NCBI GenBank assembly: GCA_015680685.1 | Contig: MNCI01002615.1 | Span: forward strand, 208,685 to 272,684 | Length of the DNA: 64,000 bases | Direction: 5' to 3' | From: Gnetum montanum | Taxonomy: Eukaryota; Plantae; Gnetophyta | In this document: positions 1 through 14,700 of the stretch, one piece after another | Numbering within the stretch: the stretch's first letter is position 1 | Layout: each line of letters opens with the position of its first letter | Translations under genes and position numbers: made by a program | Notes under the pieces: generated by a model | What the model was told of the DNA's origin: nothing | What the model saw: only the letters and a program-made list of their open reading frames with translations | The model's database searches: none

Positions 1-3000
1 CCTATCCATGATGCTACATCAACAGAATAGTTGCCCCCTCATCATCCTCCAAGTGCATTGAGAAGGTAGCAGTATTTCTAGAGATTTTTGGAAATTGTTG
101 TTATCCTAGGAGGGACACTATTACCTATCAGGCACAACGATTTGAATGCACAGGAGCCTACATTCATTGGATAGTAAATAGTGGCACCATCTTCTCCAAC
201 CAACTGATGGTACAAGTGACCTCATTTAAGTGAATTAGGATTGGTTGGTAGATGGATGGACCACCACTCGATCTAGCTTGCTACTGTTGTAGGAGTTCCT
301 CATGGAGTTTCTGCATGTGCTCCATGGCAGCATGAGCCTTCAGTGTTGTTTTGTGAGTTGGTGGTGATGGTGGTTTCCCTTCTTCTTGAACTTTTGGTGG
401 AACTGTATCCTTCATCATTTCTTCCCAAGAGGTGGCAAGAGCATGTCAAAGTATATCATTTGAATAGCAGGTTATCCCTCCCCTTCTGCATAATTTATGA
501 ATGAGTCAAGAGAAGTGAAGTTCCTTTCTCCCACACTCATTTTCCTTGAATCACTTCTCTATCTTAAGATAGATTAGCTATGGGAGATTGACTGGAAATT
601 TTCCACTCAGAGTAACATGCATGGGTAGAGAAGGTTGTCACCTTGTTGGGCCTCACCATTGGATTGAGGTGGTAGGTCATAATCTTGAAATATACCTTCT
701 CTACCTTGGTTAGCATGCCATACTCCTTGTGGTCAATCACATAGCACCACTAGACCCACATCATTTTCACCTCTAGGTCCACTTGAGTTGATATTTTCAC
801 CAATGTTACCCCAGTTTCAAGTAGCCCAAGCACTTAAGAGATAACCTTCACCAAGTATGATACATTAATGTCTTTGATTCTTACTATGGCATTAGGTTAC
901 TTGTTATTCTAGAAGAGGTATTATTTCCCCATGTACCATTCTCCACTGGAGATAAGAATAGGCTACATGGGAGAATTCTAAAATTGAGTTCTAACTTCTT
1001 TTAAAGCAAAGTCCAACAAGGTACCAAAGTTTAGCTCTTAGAGAATTAAACTTTGAATCTCCTTAGACATAATTTTCTTTATAAAAGCATCAATCAAGGT
1101 GACTTCAAGGTTTGGCCTTAGTCCTAGTGTCTCATCCCAATGGGATAGCTCTATTTCAACTTCAAAAATCTATAGGACAGATTCCACTTTGGGCTCCTCC
1201 TAAAGAGGTCCCATTACATGTATCCCAGCTATTTGCTCCTAGGTCTACTTTGACTATTGGCCCCTTCTAGTTCTTGGCCACTTATTCCTTGGTCAGGATA
1301 GTCTTGTGTCCACTCCATGTTCATTCCTTAGTCTAGGTACCATCTTTAATCACAACATGACTAAGGATCAACGTTTGTGATCATGGAAGATTTGATTATT
1401 TTAATATTATTTGATTATTATTTTATTTAGATGGCTACTAGAGTTCATTGGAAAGGTTTATTTCTCATGAATTAGTTATTTAAGATTATGTTATTAGTTA
1501 AACTGTATAGGAGTTGAAAAAATTTCAAAAAAAAAACCTAAGGTTTTTGGCCCCCATGATAGAGAGCTAACCTCCAATAACTATAGGATTGAAGAACAAG
1601 ATTAATTGGACTAGTGGTTTGTGAGTTATGGGCTCTAGAAGGCTCTAGGCTCTTGAAACAGAAAAAATTCCTCATTCGTTTGGAAGAAATGCACAAAAAA
1701 ATGGCTAAGTCCCATAGTATATATAGATAAATTTTGTACTATGTCAATGCAATCATGCCAATAGGGTTGCATCAACATAGTTGGCTGCATTGATAGGATC
1801 AAGTCAATGCAACTATTTGCAAGAATTTTTCACTTAGAAAAATGAGGGAAAATAAGGACTTTTTGAATAAAATTTGAGTCCAAAGGAAGCTAAGAAATCC
1901 TAGAACATGATGGAATGCATGAAGAGGACTAGATAATTTACCAAAAAAAAATATTTTTCCTAGAGAACATTAATGAAGAAGTACACAATTGAGTGCAATC
2001 GATGTGAAGCACAAAATTTTTGAATGAAAAAATGCCTAAGGGACAAGGAACTGAACTAACCCAACTAAGGAGTATGTAAGTGGGTCCTCCTCATACTAGG
2101 CTCATGCCCTTAATTCCCTTGCATGCCCTCAAACCAAGGAGTCCATGGACCCTAGGAATGATTAATGGTTATGGTTAGTTAAGGATCAAATCACCAAGGA
2201 TACCATCAAAGAATTTTGACCATATCAAACCAAGACATTGAAACAAACATTAGAAAAGGTAGTAAGGTGAGTTGTGGAAAGCATAGGTAGATAAAGTAGA
2301 GTATGAAATGGAGTCCTATATCATGGTCACATGAAGTTCCTTGTGGGTTTCGTGGTTAATATAACCTAATAACATCAATCCTTAGTCTGAATTAAAACCA
2401 TCCACTACTAGTGACTTTGCATTGACACTTGTAAACTAGTCCACTCCTAAGGCATAATAATATCCCCACAGATCAATCCCCATTCCATAAAGAGAAGAAA
2501 AGCGAAGCAAGAAGTGAGATGGGCCTTAGTTATATAGGACCTTCAAGCATGGGTAGCATGTCTTTCTAGTCCCATAACCAATGCTTTTAGCCCATTATTT
2601 TGTCTAAGGGATGTGCTTTATATTCCTAGTATAGTGTTTTTTTTTTGGTATTTTTTTGAATTTTTGGATGGAAACCACACCATGCAAAGACTTGACTTCT
2701 TGTTATTGGTCGACATAGGAATGGCAAAGGACCTATGAGAATATTGATGCATCCCAAAGGATAGGTAAGTACCAAAAGTATCAAATCCCATTAAAGTCAC
2801 ATTCTTGTCTATCCATTTAATCTTTTCCAAGTTTAAAAACTACCAAGGTCACAAATTCATTATAAGCTTCATTTAAGAAGGAACCTCATACTTCCAAAAC
2901 AAGGGAACACCATAGAGTTTTGTAGATCAGTGAATTATAAGATCATGTTGTTGCTTGTTATAGGCCTTTTGCACTTATTGGATGACAGGGCCACTAGTTA

Positions 3001-6000
3001 GTTCTTGTCTAGCACATTGAGATTCATTAATTGTTCTTTCTATGCTAAGCTTAGGTCAAGGCAAAGATCACAAGCTATCAAAAGTGTACAGAGTCCTGCT
3101 TGAATGGGAAGTGTTGGTAGTTTTTTGTACATAAGCTCATAGGGAGAGTAGCCAATAGGAAGTTTCCAAGTGGAGCAACAACTCCCAAGAGCATCATTGA
3201 GTTTTGTGCCCCAATCCCTCCTATATTTGCTAACAATTCAAGTTAGTATTTTTGTAATCTCCCTATTACTAACCTCTTCTTGACCATTGGCTTGGGGGTA
3301 ATATGAGTTGTCAATTTTTGTTCAACCCCCAAGCATTGCATGAGCTTCTAAAAAGTGGTACTTGTAAAATAATTTTCATTATCAAAATAAGTGCATGTGG
3401 CATCCCAAACCTATTTACAACATGTTTTTGCACAAATCAAGTAGCCATAGAAGATGTGCAATCAATGATGGCCATAGCTTCCATCCATTTGGTGTAGTAG
3501 TTAATAGCTATTATGACGTATGCCTTTCTATTAGACATGGGAGTGATGGAATCCATAAAATTGATGTCCCAAATATTGAAGGGCTATAGTGGTTGGATCC
3601 ATTATTGAGATTCCTCCATATGAGGTGTTATCCCACCATCACATTGGTAGTGTTCATAGGAGTAGATGAAGTGATGGGCATCCCTAGAAAGTGTTGGCCA
3701 ATAATACCTTGCCATGAGGAGCTTAATGGCCATTCATCTTCTAGCATAATGACCCCCAAAAGGGTCCTCATGAGTGTCTTTGAGAATGCATAGTTGACCA
3801 TCATTAGGAATGCACCATTGAACTAGGCCATCGATGCACACCTTGTAAGGTTATCTGTTGATTTCCATGAGGTGTTTTGCCTAGTGAAGAAACTATTGTT
3901 TCTTCTTGTTGTCCCACTCTTATGGCATCTCTTGAGTATGAAGGTAGTTAAAAATGTCATCATACCAGTTGGTTTTGGTGGGAACTTATTCAGGTATAGC
4001 TTCAGCAAAGAGGAGTTCATCAAGAAACTGATCTAAAAGTGAACTCCCCTCCTCTTTGTTATTCCATCTCAACCTAGATAAGTGGTTACCTACCACATTC
4101 TTAGCTCAATCCTCAATCCACATCAATCCATTTCTGTGAAATTTTTTGCCCCAATACAATGTCCTCCTAGACCATTAAGTGGATTTTCTATGAGTTGATC
4201 CTAAGGTTTATCTCCATGCACCATTTTAACACTTGCTCAAGATATTAGAGGGCTTTCTCAAATGTAGCCCCATAGGTGGAGAAGTCATCCATGAAGACTT
4301 TCACCTTGCTACCAATCTTCTATTGGAATATATTTAGGATAAGGAATTGGACTATTGTAGGGGCATTGTATAGGCTAAATAGCATCTTTCTATATACAAA
4401 AGTTCCTGAAGGAATTGTGAATGTAGTTTTATCCTAATATTTATGTGGTATCTAGATTTGGTTATAGCCACTATAACCATCCAAAAAGCTATAATAGTAA
4501 TGCCCAAAAATTGTGCCCAACACTTGGTCCACAAATGGCAAAGGAAAATGATCCTTGTATGTTTCCATATTCAACAGCTGGAAATCAATGTAGACCCTTC
4601 ATTTTCCATCTTACTTTGGCATGATCATGAGTGAGCTAACCCTCACTATCTACAATTAGATAGATGAATCTTGCCTTCAAGAGTTGTTTAGTCTCCTCTT
4701 TGATAATCTACTTAAGCCTAGAATTCAACTGTTGTTACGACTACCTCTTTAGTTTCATGCAGGAATTTGTGCAAATTCAATGCTAGCATATCCTTAGATC
4801 AATTCAAGTCAACTCATGATATGACCAAGCAAAGGTTGTCAGCCATTTGTTGGCCACCTCCAATAGCTTCTTTTTTGTACAAAAGTAAGGTTAGCATTCA
4901 TGATGACTGGTTTTCCATTTTTTAGAAAAGCATATTCCATTTTAGTCGGTAGAGTTTTAAACTCAAGGGGCTCCTATTTGAAGCTCCCAAGGATTTCCAA
5001 CTCTTCCTAATTGGTTTCATCAGGTTCATTAGAGAGATGGCAATGGACTTACTCCAGTTCATTCATGCCTTCAACGTAGGCACTTGTAAGGCTCTTAGTT
5101 TGTTCCATGCACAAGGTTGAACTACTTGCTACTTCAACTATTAGCCACTGGGCATCCTTCTATTTTGTGGTTGTTGTGTATGGGCACCTTTGAACTTCCA
5201 TGAAGTCTATACATTGCTTTCATGCTATAAGTGTGGTACTTTTAACAATCCATAATTTTTGTATGTAGTGGCACCCTATGTTATTATATGCGATGCATGG
5301 AACATGCTTCCTCTCTATCTTCCCAAAGTTATTTTCCTTGGAAATATCCAAGGAGAGGTCTTTGATTCCCAACTGTGCATCAATTATACTTAGCTAATCC
5401 CTTTCCATGACGACTGGGAAGCCCCCCTTATAGTTATCAACACAAATCACTAGGAAGTTGGTAGTATATGACCACCCATAGATGGTGGTCATAATATCCT
5501 CCACTAATCCCAAAGGGGATAGTGATGGACTAATATGCTAACCTAAGATGAATTTTGCTCTTCTTAAGAAGAGGAAGGTTTCAAGCTTTGTACATTTCAT
5601 GTTAGATTATATTGACACCAAAACCTAAGTCTAGAAGAGCCTTGCAAGGCTCATTCCCAATGATTTGAAAGTAAATAAAGGAACTCTCAAGATCATATCT
5701 CTTTCTGGGAAGCTAGCTAGCCTTTATTCAATTAATGACTACATGAGCTAACATTACAGTATGCATGCCAGAAGGAGTTTGGTTTGAAGGAATCTAGAAG
5801 GATGTTCTGGAGGAGAAAGAAGTAGGGTCAGTAGCTACAGGTATTTGTGAGGGCTTGGTAGGATTTTTGGTTCAAAAAAAAAGGTCTTTTTCAAGGCTTA
5901 GTATTTGAACCACTTAACTAATAAGCCAACTATAGTTTAAAAACCCTTCTGATGTTTCTTTGCTATGACTGTGCTAAAATTTCACCCTACATAGATGGAG

Positions 6001-8350
6001 CAAGTGGCAACTGAGTTGAGGATGGAGGTACATGTGCAGAAGGATGATAAGGGTAATAGGAAAATGGTAACTCTACTCTTAGCAATTGTGCTTGATAATA
6101 TTCAAGAGGGTAGTAGTGGTGCTAGAAAGAAGTGTGACTAGAAGAATCACATGGAGAAATGGACTGCTAAACATAATACCTATATAGATCTAGCTACCGA
6201 TAAGGGTATTTTTACGTTGGTGGTAGCATCTCTCATGACTATGGGTGTTGCCACTAGTAGTATTACTCATGAGGTTTATGTGGTGCTCCACTCAAATAAT
6301 AGGCTTGTTGGTGGAACTACCTATAGTTGCCTTGAGGACAAGACAACCTCCTAGGTATTTGCCATTTTTCCAATCTACGATTCAAAGCATACACCTAGGA
6401 TTCTTGCAAGTGTGACATAATTGGGTAACATCCCTTACGATTTTTGTATTAGCATATGTCATATACCATTCATCATCTATTTTAGAATCTATAACTTCTT
6501 CCATTACAGTAGCTTTGCCTGTACCCTTCTGATGAACACATTTATCTTTCTTCATTCTCTTGCAGTCATGATCACTACCTTGCTCTTTGGCCTCCTTGGC
6601 AACTCTGAGGGTAGCTAAAAAAATTTCATCCAAAGGATCCACAATCTTGTCCATCTTGGCTAATATTTCAAAAATAGATTTTTGCATTAGTAAGGTTTTT
6701 CATTGCACCACTTCATCAAGTGATGCATCTTCATCATTTTCATAAAACTAGACCTCCCTTTTGTGAATGGAAAGGTCTCAATTGAACTCCTCCGTAGTTT
6801 TTCTTTTTCCAACTCACCTTCTTCTTTAGACACTTGCTCAATCAACCTTTGGATTTGATGGGCGTTTACCTATGAAAGCCTCCCTTTGGCATAGACCCCA
6901 AGAGTTCTCCTCACTTCTATTTGAAGCCCATTTATGGTATGGCACAACTTCTCTCTTTGAGAATAGTCATGGCCTAGGCATTTGTGTAACAATGAGTAAT
7001 ATCTACCCATGGCAGCATTCAAGGATTCATGTATTCCTTGCTTCCAACTTTGGATCTCCCTTCTTAGGTTAACTACTCAAGAGTACATTTGATACGTATC
7101 ATTGAAGAGTTCAAGCATTGTATTTCAACATCTAATTGAAGTCTATTCTAAGGATTGGTACCAAATTTTAGCCTCCTTAATGAGTGTCCTAGGAAACAGC
7201 TCCAATTTCTTACATTCTTTCTCAACATTTTGTAAGATGCATCCATTATGAAAGGCTTGAAGATGATATCATGGATCTAAATTTTATCCCCCTTTGAACT
7301 TAGGGATATTTTTCATGTCTAATCATTTGATCCAACTATCCTTCATTTTCCTTGTTGGAATCCTTATGGCCTTTGCAATGTTGAGCATGTTTTTAGTTGC
7401 AAGTAGAGGCTCATCATAGTAATAGCCCCTATGATGATCATGATGCCTATGATTCCCTTTGCTATCCCTTCTTTCTCTGTGGTGGACCTCCCTTGATTAC
7501 ACATGTCCTTGGTCTCTATTATTTTAGCAGGATCTGTGATCATATCTATCCCTCCCAATCATCTCCATCATGGTCTTTCCCTCTACGACTTTGGTCAAAG
7601 TTGGAGGAGGAAGATGGTGAGGATGATGAAGATGAAGAGGAAGGAGGACTAGCATCAAAACAGTGCCTACTACTTTCCCTCCTTTGGTCCTAGCCATGAT
7701 CACCATGTTTGTCATTATCGTGATGCTTATCAAGATTCTTGCCTTAACTCCCTTCCTTTGAGGCCCCATAGTCATGAGATCCATTCTCCCTAGAACCAAG
7801 GTTATCTATAGTGAAGTGTAGATTTTGATTGAGGGCCTCTTCCTCAAAGAGAGAAGAAGAGTCAATGTATTGAAAGGTTCATGAGAAGGGGTTCTTCCCT
7901 TCATATTGGCCCAATAAAAATAAGGGATTTGTGAACGTTTTCCTTTTGATGCCTCATAGTGAGCTTTCATTTGTCAATCTTTCTTTTGCTAAGCCTCTAT
8001 GGAATGATAATCATTGTAGGAATGATCTTGCACCTCATACTCAGCATTGAGCCTTATGATACCCATTCTCATGAGATTTTGGAGCAACATCGTAAGAACT
8101 GATCAATCAAGAGGTAACAAAATGTTGTCCTCCATGTTCCTCCACCACCATTATTCATCCTAGTGTAGGATAAAGCTGATATTTGGAACGTATTCATCCA
8201 TATGCATATAGACCACTCTACATTGTTAAGGCATGGGTGGTTTCAGGCCTTCTTGCCTTTGCTGATTGGAATCACCTGTGAATCGTGGTAGAGAATCTTC
8301 CCTGTGAGAAGAATCCACATTACTTCTTGTGAAAATAGTGTGCTTTTGTT
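1..8350 (-). mobile_element. Decayed Ty3/Gypsy (Athila-like) LTR retrotransposon internal region: gag-PR-RT-(RH deleted)-INT, spacer, extra 3' ORF; runs off the left edge
   Basis: Minus-strand remnants in Gypsy order: gag ~7350-6700 (IPKFKG..DP..HL..F; LFPRTL..EAK.WY), protease ~5650-5450 (ALLDLGFGVNII), RT ~4700-4115 (FLDGYSGYNQI, KVFMDDFS), integrase ~3960-2850 (H..PFGGH, YYWPTL). Many stops and frameshifts. LTRs not delimited. Confidence 0.85.
470..1343 (-). pseudogene. Athila-type extra 3' ORF remnant (Transposase_32 / 'putative plant transposon protein'-like)
   Basis: Candidate ATG at 1343 (MVPR...). Manual translation gives PILISSGEWY..PNAIVRIKDINVSYLVKVIS*VLGLLETG..KVEKVYFKIMTYHLNP..(frameshift) KFPVNLP*LIYLKI..ELHFS*LIHKLC. 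This follows the family pattern LVREFY..VRG..I..IN..LG..G / INLG.II / LPFPSLIT.LC. It lies ~1.5 kb downstream of the integrase. Confidence 0.6.
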
Positions 8351-9319
8351 ATTATTATTTTGTTTAATGATTTCAAATTTAAGGTTCATTACAACATTGT
8401 TGGATAAGTTCACTAACTTCCTAGATAGTGCACATAACTAACTAAAGTCCTCAATAGTGGTACTAATGATGAGCAACAAATAGTCCCTACATCCAACCAT
8501 ACAAATCACCAATGTTCACTAAGCGATCTAGTCAAATTTCATAGATTTTAGTTCTCTAAGTACACCTTATCTAGGTAGTGAATCTTAAAGACATGATCAT
8601 TATCTTCCCAGTTCCACTTATGAGGTACAATGGTATGGTTAAGTGTAACTGAGGTATATGATTTGTATCATTTTCATAATTTTCATTTAATTCACCTAAG
8701 TGTTCAAAAATAAAGTAATTAAATGATGAATTAATCTAATAACTAATTAATGCTTTAGACTAATCCTAACACAAGCATCTGTTCCAATCTATGGTACACA
8801 TCCTGAACACATTGCAACGCTACTAGGTTACCAAGTCTAAATGGTACTGGGATTACCAAGTATTAATGTATGCACGAGGTGGTTGTACTTATGTGCATTA
8901 ATTATAAAAATTTAATTAACTAATTAAGTGCATCAAATTAAATTTCATGAATAGTAAATGTTTTTTAAGTAAATATTATGCTAAATCCAAGTTTTGCAAG
9001 GTTTATTAAGAAAGCTCATCTTTGTTTTCATTCACACTAAGGTGTCCAAGTACATCAGTGCTTGAATAAAGATCCATACACTTCTCAACTCCTACTGTAG
9101 GTACTTAGAAAATATTCTAACTCTAAAATGAACAAACTACAAGGACTTCACTATGCTACTTAACAATGAAGTTCATAAATGCAATAAATGCACACATTTA
9201 TATAGGTAAGACTAGACACTCTATTGACACATATGTGTCGATGCATCAAATCATGCATCAATGTAACAGCATTGATGGGTACACAATGATAGGATCATGT
9301 CAATGTAGTCAAATCCACG

Positions 9320-12120
9320 ATGACTCATTAGCTACGATGCTCAAAAAGGCAATAGATCTTGGTAGTCCTATGATTTCTTGCATGATTCATAATAGGAATT
9401 TTCATCATATGTTATTGGATTTAGGGGCTAATGTAAATATTATGCCATTTCAGATTTAGCAGTCATTGGGTTACGATCATATTAGACTTAACGATATTAT
9501 GATTTCCTTGGCTGATGGATTTACCATTTATCCAAAAGATATTGTTGAGGATATATTATTTTAGGTAGATAAGGCTTTGTACCGTGTTGATTTCATTATG
9601 CTAGATTATTATACATCTTCATTAAATAATGTTTATCCTTTGATTTTAGACAAGCTTATGTTGGTAACTATGGAAGTGGTTGTTTATGTAAAAACTAGAT
9701 TAATGACTTTAACATTTGTGAATATGAACTTTTTAGTCAATTTATATAACCTTGATAACATATTTCATTTTGATGAGCTTAATATGGTTAATGTTGTGGT
9801 AGCAAACATGGTTTCTTCAGAACTATACGATTAGGATGAGACATATTAGCTATCAACATTGAAAGAATACAAAGTGGTAACTATGGATGATCAAAGGAAG
9901 TTCATATTTACTCAAGTGGAAGATACTTTGGATGGTAAGGATTTATTTAAAGTAGTGACTTATTCTTTTGTTGCAAGTGATGAGGAGGTAACTTTAGATT
10001 TAAAAGAACTTCCTTCTTACTTGAAATACATTATGCTAAGAGCAATAAATCCTTGATTATTAGTTTAGGCTTAACTATTGATCAAGAACATATATTGATA
10101 CATGACTTTTGGATCTTACGTAGGGGATTTTTCCATCCATCATTCAAAATCATGTTCATTTAGAGGCTAAGGCTAGACCACAACAACAACCATGTAGGAG
10201 TCTAATCCCAACTTTGAAATAGGTGGTAAAAGATGAACTTTTGAAATTTTTTCAAGTAGGTATTATTTATTTGATTTTTGATTCTAAATGGGTTATTCCT
10301 ATTACGATTGTACCTAAAAAGTCTATTAAGTGGTGAGTTTGTATTGATTTTTATGAATTAAATAAATGGAGAAGCAAGGATCACTTTCCACTTTCATATT
10401 TAGATTATGTTTTAAACAAAATTTAAGGACATGAATTTTATTCTTTTCTTGATGATTTTAGCAATTATAATTAGGCTTCAGTTGCCCCAAAAGATCAACA
10501 TAAAACAGAATTTATTGCACTATGGGGAACTTTTGCATTTCAATGTATGCCCCTTAGGCTATGTAATGCTCTTATTATATTTCAAAGGGCTATGACATCT
10601 ACTTTTTAGGATATGATTGATTCATTTCTTGAAGTTTTTATGAAAGATTTTTCAATATATAGTGATTCATTCTCCGATGCCTTGTGTCATTTTAAAGTAG
10701 TCTTACATAGTGTATTGATAAGGGTCTTAGATTATCTTGGAAGAAGTGTCATTTCATGGTCTCTTCAAGTGTTGTGTTAGGTCACATTTTAAGTAAGAGG
10801 AAAATTTCATTAAATCCTGAAAAAATAAAATTTATTTTCCATCTTACTCCTTCCACTAATGTCAAAGGTTTGCGTGCATTCTTGGGAAATGCTAATTCTA
10901 TAGATGATTCATTAAAGCTTTTTCATTGATTACTCAATCATTGGTAAACTTATCACAAAAAAACATTATTTTTAAGTGGATTGAAGATTGTCAAACTACA
11001 TTTGAAAACTTAAAATCAAATATTTCTTCAGTATCAATATTACAGGGACTTGATTGGAGCAAAGATTTTGAGCTTATGATAGATGCCTCAGATTTTGCAA
11101 TTCAAGCTATATTGTATTAGTGTAAAGATAATATTCCATATGTTATTTATGATATTTCTAAGACACTGACCCCTACTAAAATTAATTATACTACTACTAA
11201 AATGAGATGCTAGTAATTATATATAGTTTAGATAAATTTCACCATTACTTAATTAGTTATTGGACTATAGTATTTACTGATCATGCTCCTATTAACTATT
11301 TTCATAATAAATGAACTAAAAGTATAAGATTAATTCATTGATTCCTTTTGATGTAAGAATTAAATTTGATGATTTGTGATAAGAAAGGATCCAAAACTTT
11401 TGTGCAAATAATTTTTCTAGGTTGAAGCATAATACAAATTTGGAGACATCTCACACTTTTAATGATTCATTTCTGAATGTGCAGTTCTTTCTTTGTCGAG
11501 CTAGGATTGTTATTTTTAAGGTTCAAGATCATTGGTATGTGGATATTACTAATTATTTAGCTATACGCAAACTACTAAAGTCTTGGACTAAAGGACGATA
11601 ATAGGCCTTCACCATCAAGGCACAATTGTTCATTTGGAAAGATCCATTCATCCATAAAATTTGTAAAGATCAAATCATTAGATGATGTCTACCGGAACAA
11701 GAACAATAAGAAGTAATTTCTTTCAACCATGATAGAGCATGTGGAGATCACTTTGCAGGTAAGAAAACTTCATAAAAAATCCTCAATGCTGGTTTTTATT
11801 AGTCTATTTTATTTAAAGATACTTCTATGTATTATAAGAGATGTAATCAATGCTAGCAAATAGGGGGATTCACAAGATGCCAAGACATGCTATTGTTACT
11901 TCTCTCGATGAAGTGTGAGCCCTTTGATTATTGGAACATTGATTTTTAGGTTCTTTTCCTTCAAGAAACACTTGTAAGTATATCTTAGTTTCCGTTGATT
12001 ATGTCACCAAATGGATTTTGGCAAAAGAAACTAGTCATAATGATGCAAAAATGGTAGTTAGGTTCTTAAGAGAAGACTTAATACCATGCTTTGGTAACCC
12101 ATGGACCCAAAGTAGCTATC
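9320..12120 (+). mobile_element. Decayed Athila-like Gypsy pol, 5' part (PR-RT-RH-INT N-half), interrupted at 12120
   Basis: DLGSPMISCMI..MLLDLGANVNIMP (protease); FLDDFSNYN / GTFAF..MPL.LCNA (RT); ELMIDASDFAIQAIL (RNase H); integrase up to FGNPWTQSSY at 12120. Confidence 0.9.
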
Positions 12121-14646
12121 TATTAATGACCATTTGGGACATGATTGTCAATGTTGGAAGCCTCACAGTCTCATGGCCTTGGGAAGTCATGGGATCGAAG
12201 GTGTTCTTCAAACAGGGTTTAGGTGCTTGCTAGTCTCTAGCAACACCAAGAATCAAATACTTCTAGATAGACTAAGTAGTTATGCAAATATGTATTTGTT
12301 ATTGTAAATTTTGAAATGGTTGTGTGGTATATAAAATTTTAATTGGCTATCATAAAAGAGATTCAGCTAACTTTGTTAACTATGACAAGTTGTTGGAGAT
12401 TCCTATTTTGTTTAATCACTTAGTCTCTATGATCCTTATAATACCTACTTGTAAAAACTAAAATTTTGCAAAAATATTTGAGCATAATTATACCAATCTA
12501 CTCCTAATTTTCCCTAGAGAGAAAGTTCCACAAGAAAATTAGAAATAGAGTAAGATTTAATGGACTTAAAAAGAGAAAGAAAAGAAAGTAGAATTGTGTG
12601 AAATATCGAATATGTAAGCAAGACAAATTAACATGAGAAAACACTTCATAATAAATCTATTCCTAATTCAATAACTATGAATTGTTCAAAACTTTTTGAG
12701 CACAACAAAAATTTCATACAGAGAATCTCATTAAACTACCAAAAATCACTATGTAAACGATAAAGTATGAGTCTCTATTTTAGATAGTTAATAAATGTCA
12801 AAGATTGCATTCAATAGAGATTTCAAAAAAAAATTTGACAATTTCTTAATTGAAATACCAAGGGAATAAACTTTTAAAAAATAAAGAAGCTATTTCAGTC
12901 CCATGAAAATTCCAAAGCTTTTCCTAGAACTCTATGCTCAAAACATTATAATTTTGTTAAGACATTACTATTAAATTTCTCATAAGGCTTTCAACAACAT
13001 GAGCTCTTCTATGGAAAATCTTAATAGAAGTCTAATATTGCACAAAAATAGGGCTATAAAAGTAACCTAGAACAAATCCAAAAATTAAATTGCAAGAATG
13101 ATACTATATAAACCATTAGCTAAGCAACTAAAACAAAATGGGAAGAAATGAACTCACAAGATTACAACAAAGCAACCAGATTAATATCTTTAGCAATCCA
13201 TCATACAAGTAATCTTCAAATATCCTTTTCTTCTAAGTCTCCCCTCCTTTTTCTTCACTTCTACCCTTGAAGCTCTATTTATAGTGGCTTCATCGTTTTT
13301 ACAATCATCATGAGAAGTTAAGGGTATTACAAATATTTAGGAATATTAATTTATAATCACCTGAGAAGTTATAACTTCCATGAAAGTTATGATAAATTTG
13401 AGAAATATATGTCACGGTTGGCAAGTATCCTCTTGGTAATCACAACTTCACAAATATCAAGGAAATTAAGTTATAACTTCCATATGAAGTTATATTTTTT
13501 GAAACACTTTAAATGTTGTAGAGAATAAAGGTATGTTTTCCACATGTCTACTAAATTTATCCCTTACAATTTCAAAAAGTAATTTATATGTAGCATATCT
13601 CTTGGAGTCAAATTATGCCTTACCATGAGGTTGTGCTAAAATTTAACCTTTCTCATCATGAAGGTTTTTTTCTTTAAAATAAAATTTAAATATTCCTAAT
13701 AAAATAAGCATAGATCAAGGATTAAAAATAGAATAACCATTTCAAAATATAATTCTTCAGAGAAGTTTCAAGAACACAAATTCGGGCTCCAACTACTACA
13801 CCTCAACAATCTCCACAACAAACATTTGTATTGCTTTGGTTTGTTTTTATCCACATAGCATTGTGTATGCTACTCTACACCTTATTGCTCCTACCATTGG
13901 AATATCTTTTCTATGTGCCATTGGTCCATCTTCCCATATCAAATATAGAAATGAGGGTTTTGAAGATTGCCGCATTGCATCTTGGATGTTATTCAGGGAG
14001 AAAGTGACAACTATGGTAGCTTGTGCTCTAAAGTCTCTAATCTAGCATCAACAATGTTCATACCATACATGGAGAAAATGTGAACTAGCTTCTCTACTAT
14101 GGTGTTAACACCTATGAGCAGACTTGGTTGAACCAAGGGTTTCTATCATTGCCACTTTTAGGAGTAATTTCATTATTTCCTTGATAGTAGTTATACTTCA
14201 AATCGAAGTTAGGGTTTGGTTGCCATGAAACATATTCCAAATCAATGTATAAAAAATATTCATTACAATGATTTTTTTTGTTCATTATTGTTGGCGACCT
14301 TTTGGGACACAACCGCCAACGAGTATCCTCGAATAGGATTTAGGTGTCTGCTAGTATCTGGAAACACCAAGGCCCAAATACCTCCAAATAGACTCAGTAG
14401 TTAATGTGAGTATTTGTGTGTGCTGTTGTGGTGTGTGGTTGTGAAAATGAAATGATTGCGTTGTGTGTAAACTACGAATGACTTATCTTAAAGAGATTCA
14501 GCCAACTTTGCCAAGTACTGTGAGTTGTTGAGAGTTCCTATTTTGTTCAATTACCTAGTCTACGTGGTCCTTATAATACCTACTTGTAACAAATAAAATT
14601 TTGTTAAAACATCTGAGCACAACTCTGTGAATCTACTTCTAATTTT

Positions 14647-14700
14647 NNNNNNNNNNNNNNNNNNNNNNNNNNNNNNNNNNNNNNNNNNNNNNNNNNNNNN
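14647..14700. other. Assembly gap (54 N)
   Basis: Run of N. The homologous stretch in the 24774-27851 LTR is ~260 bp, so the real gap is probably longer. Confidence 0.97.
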
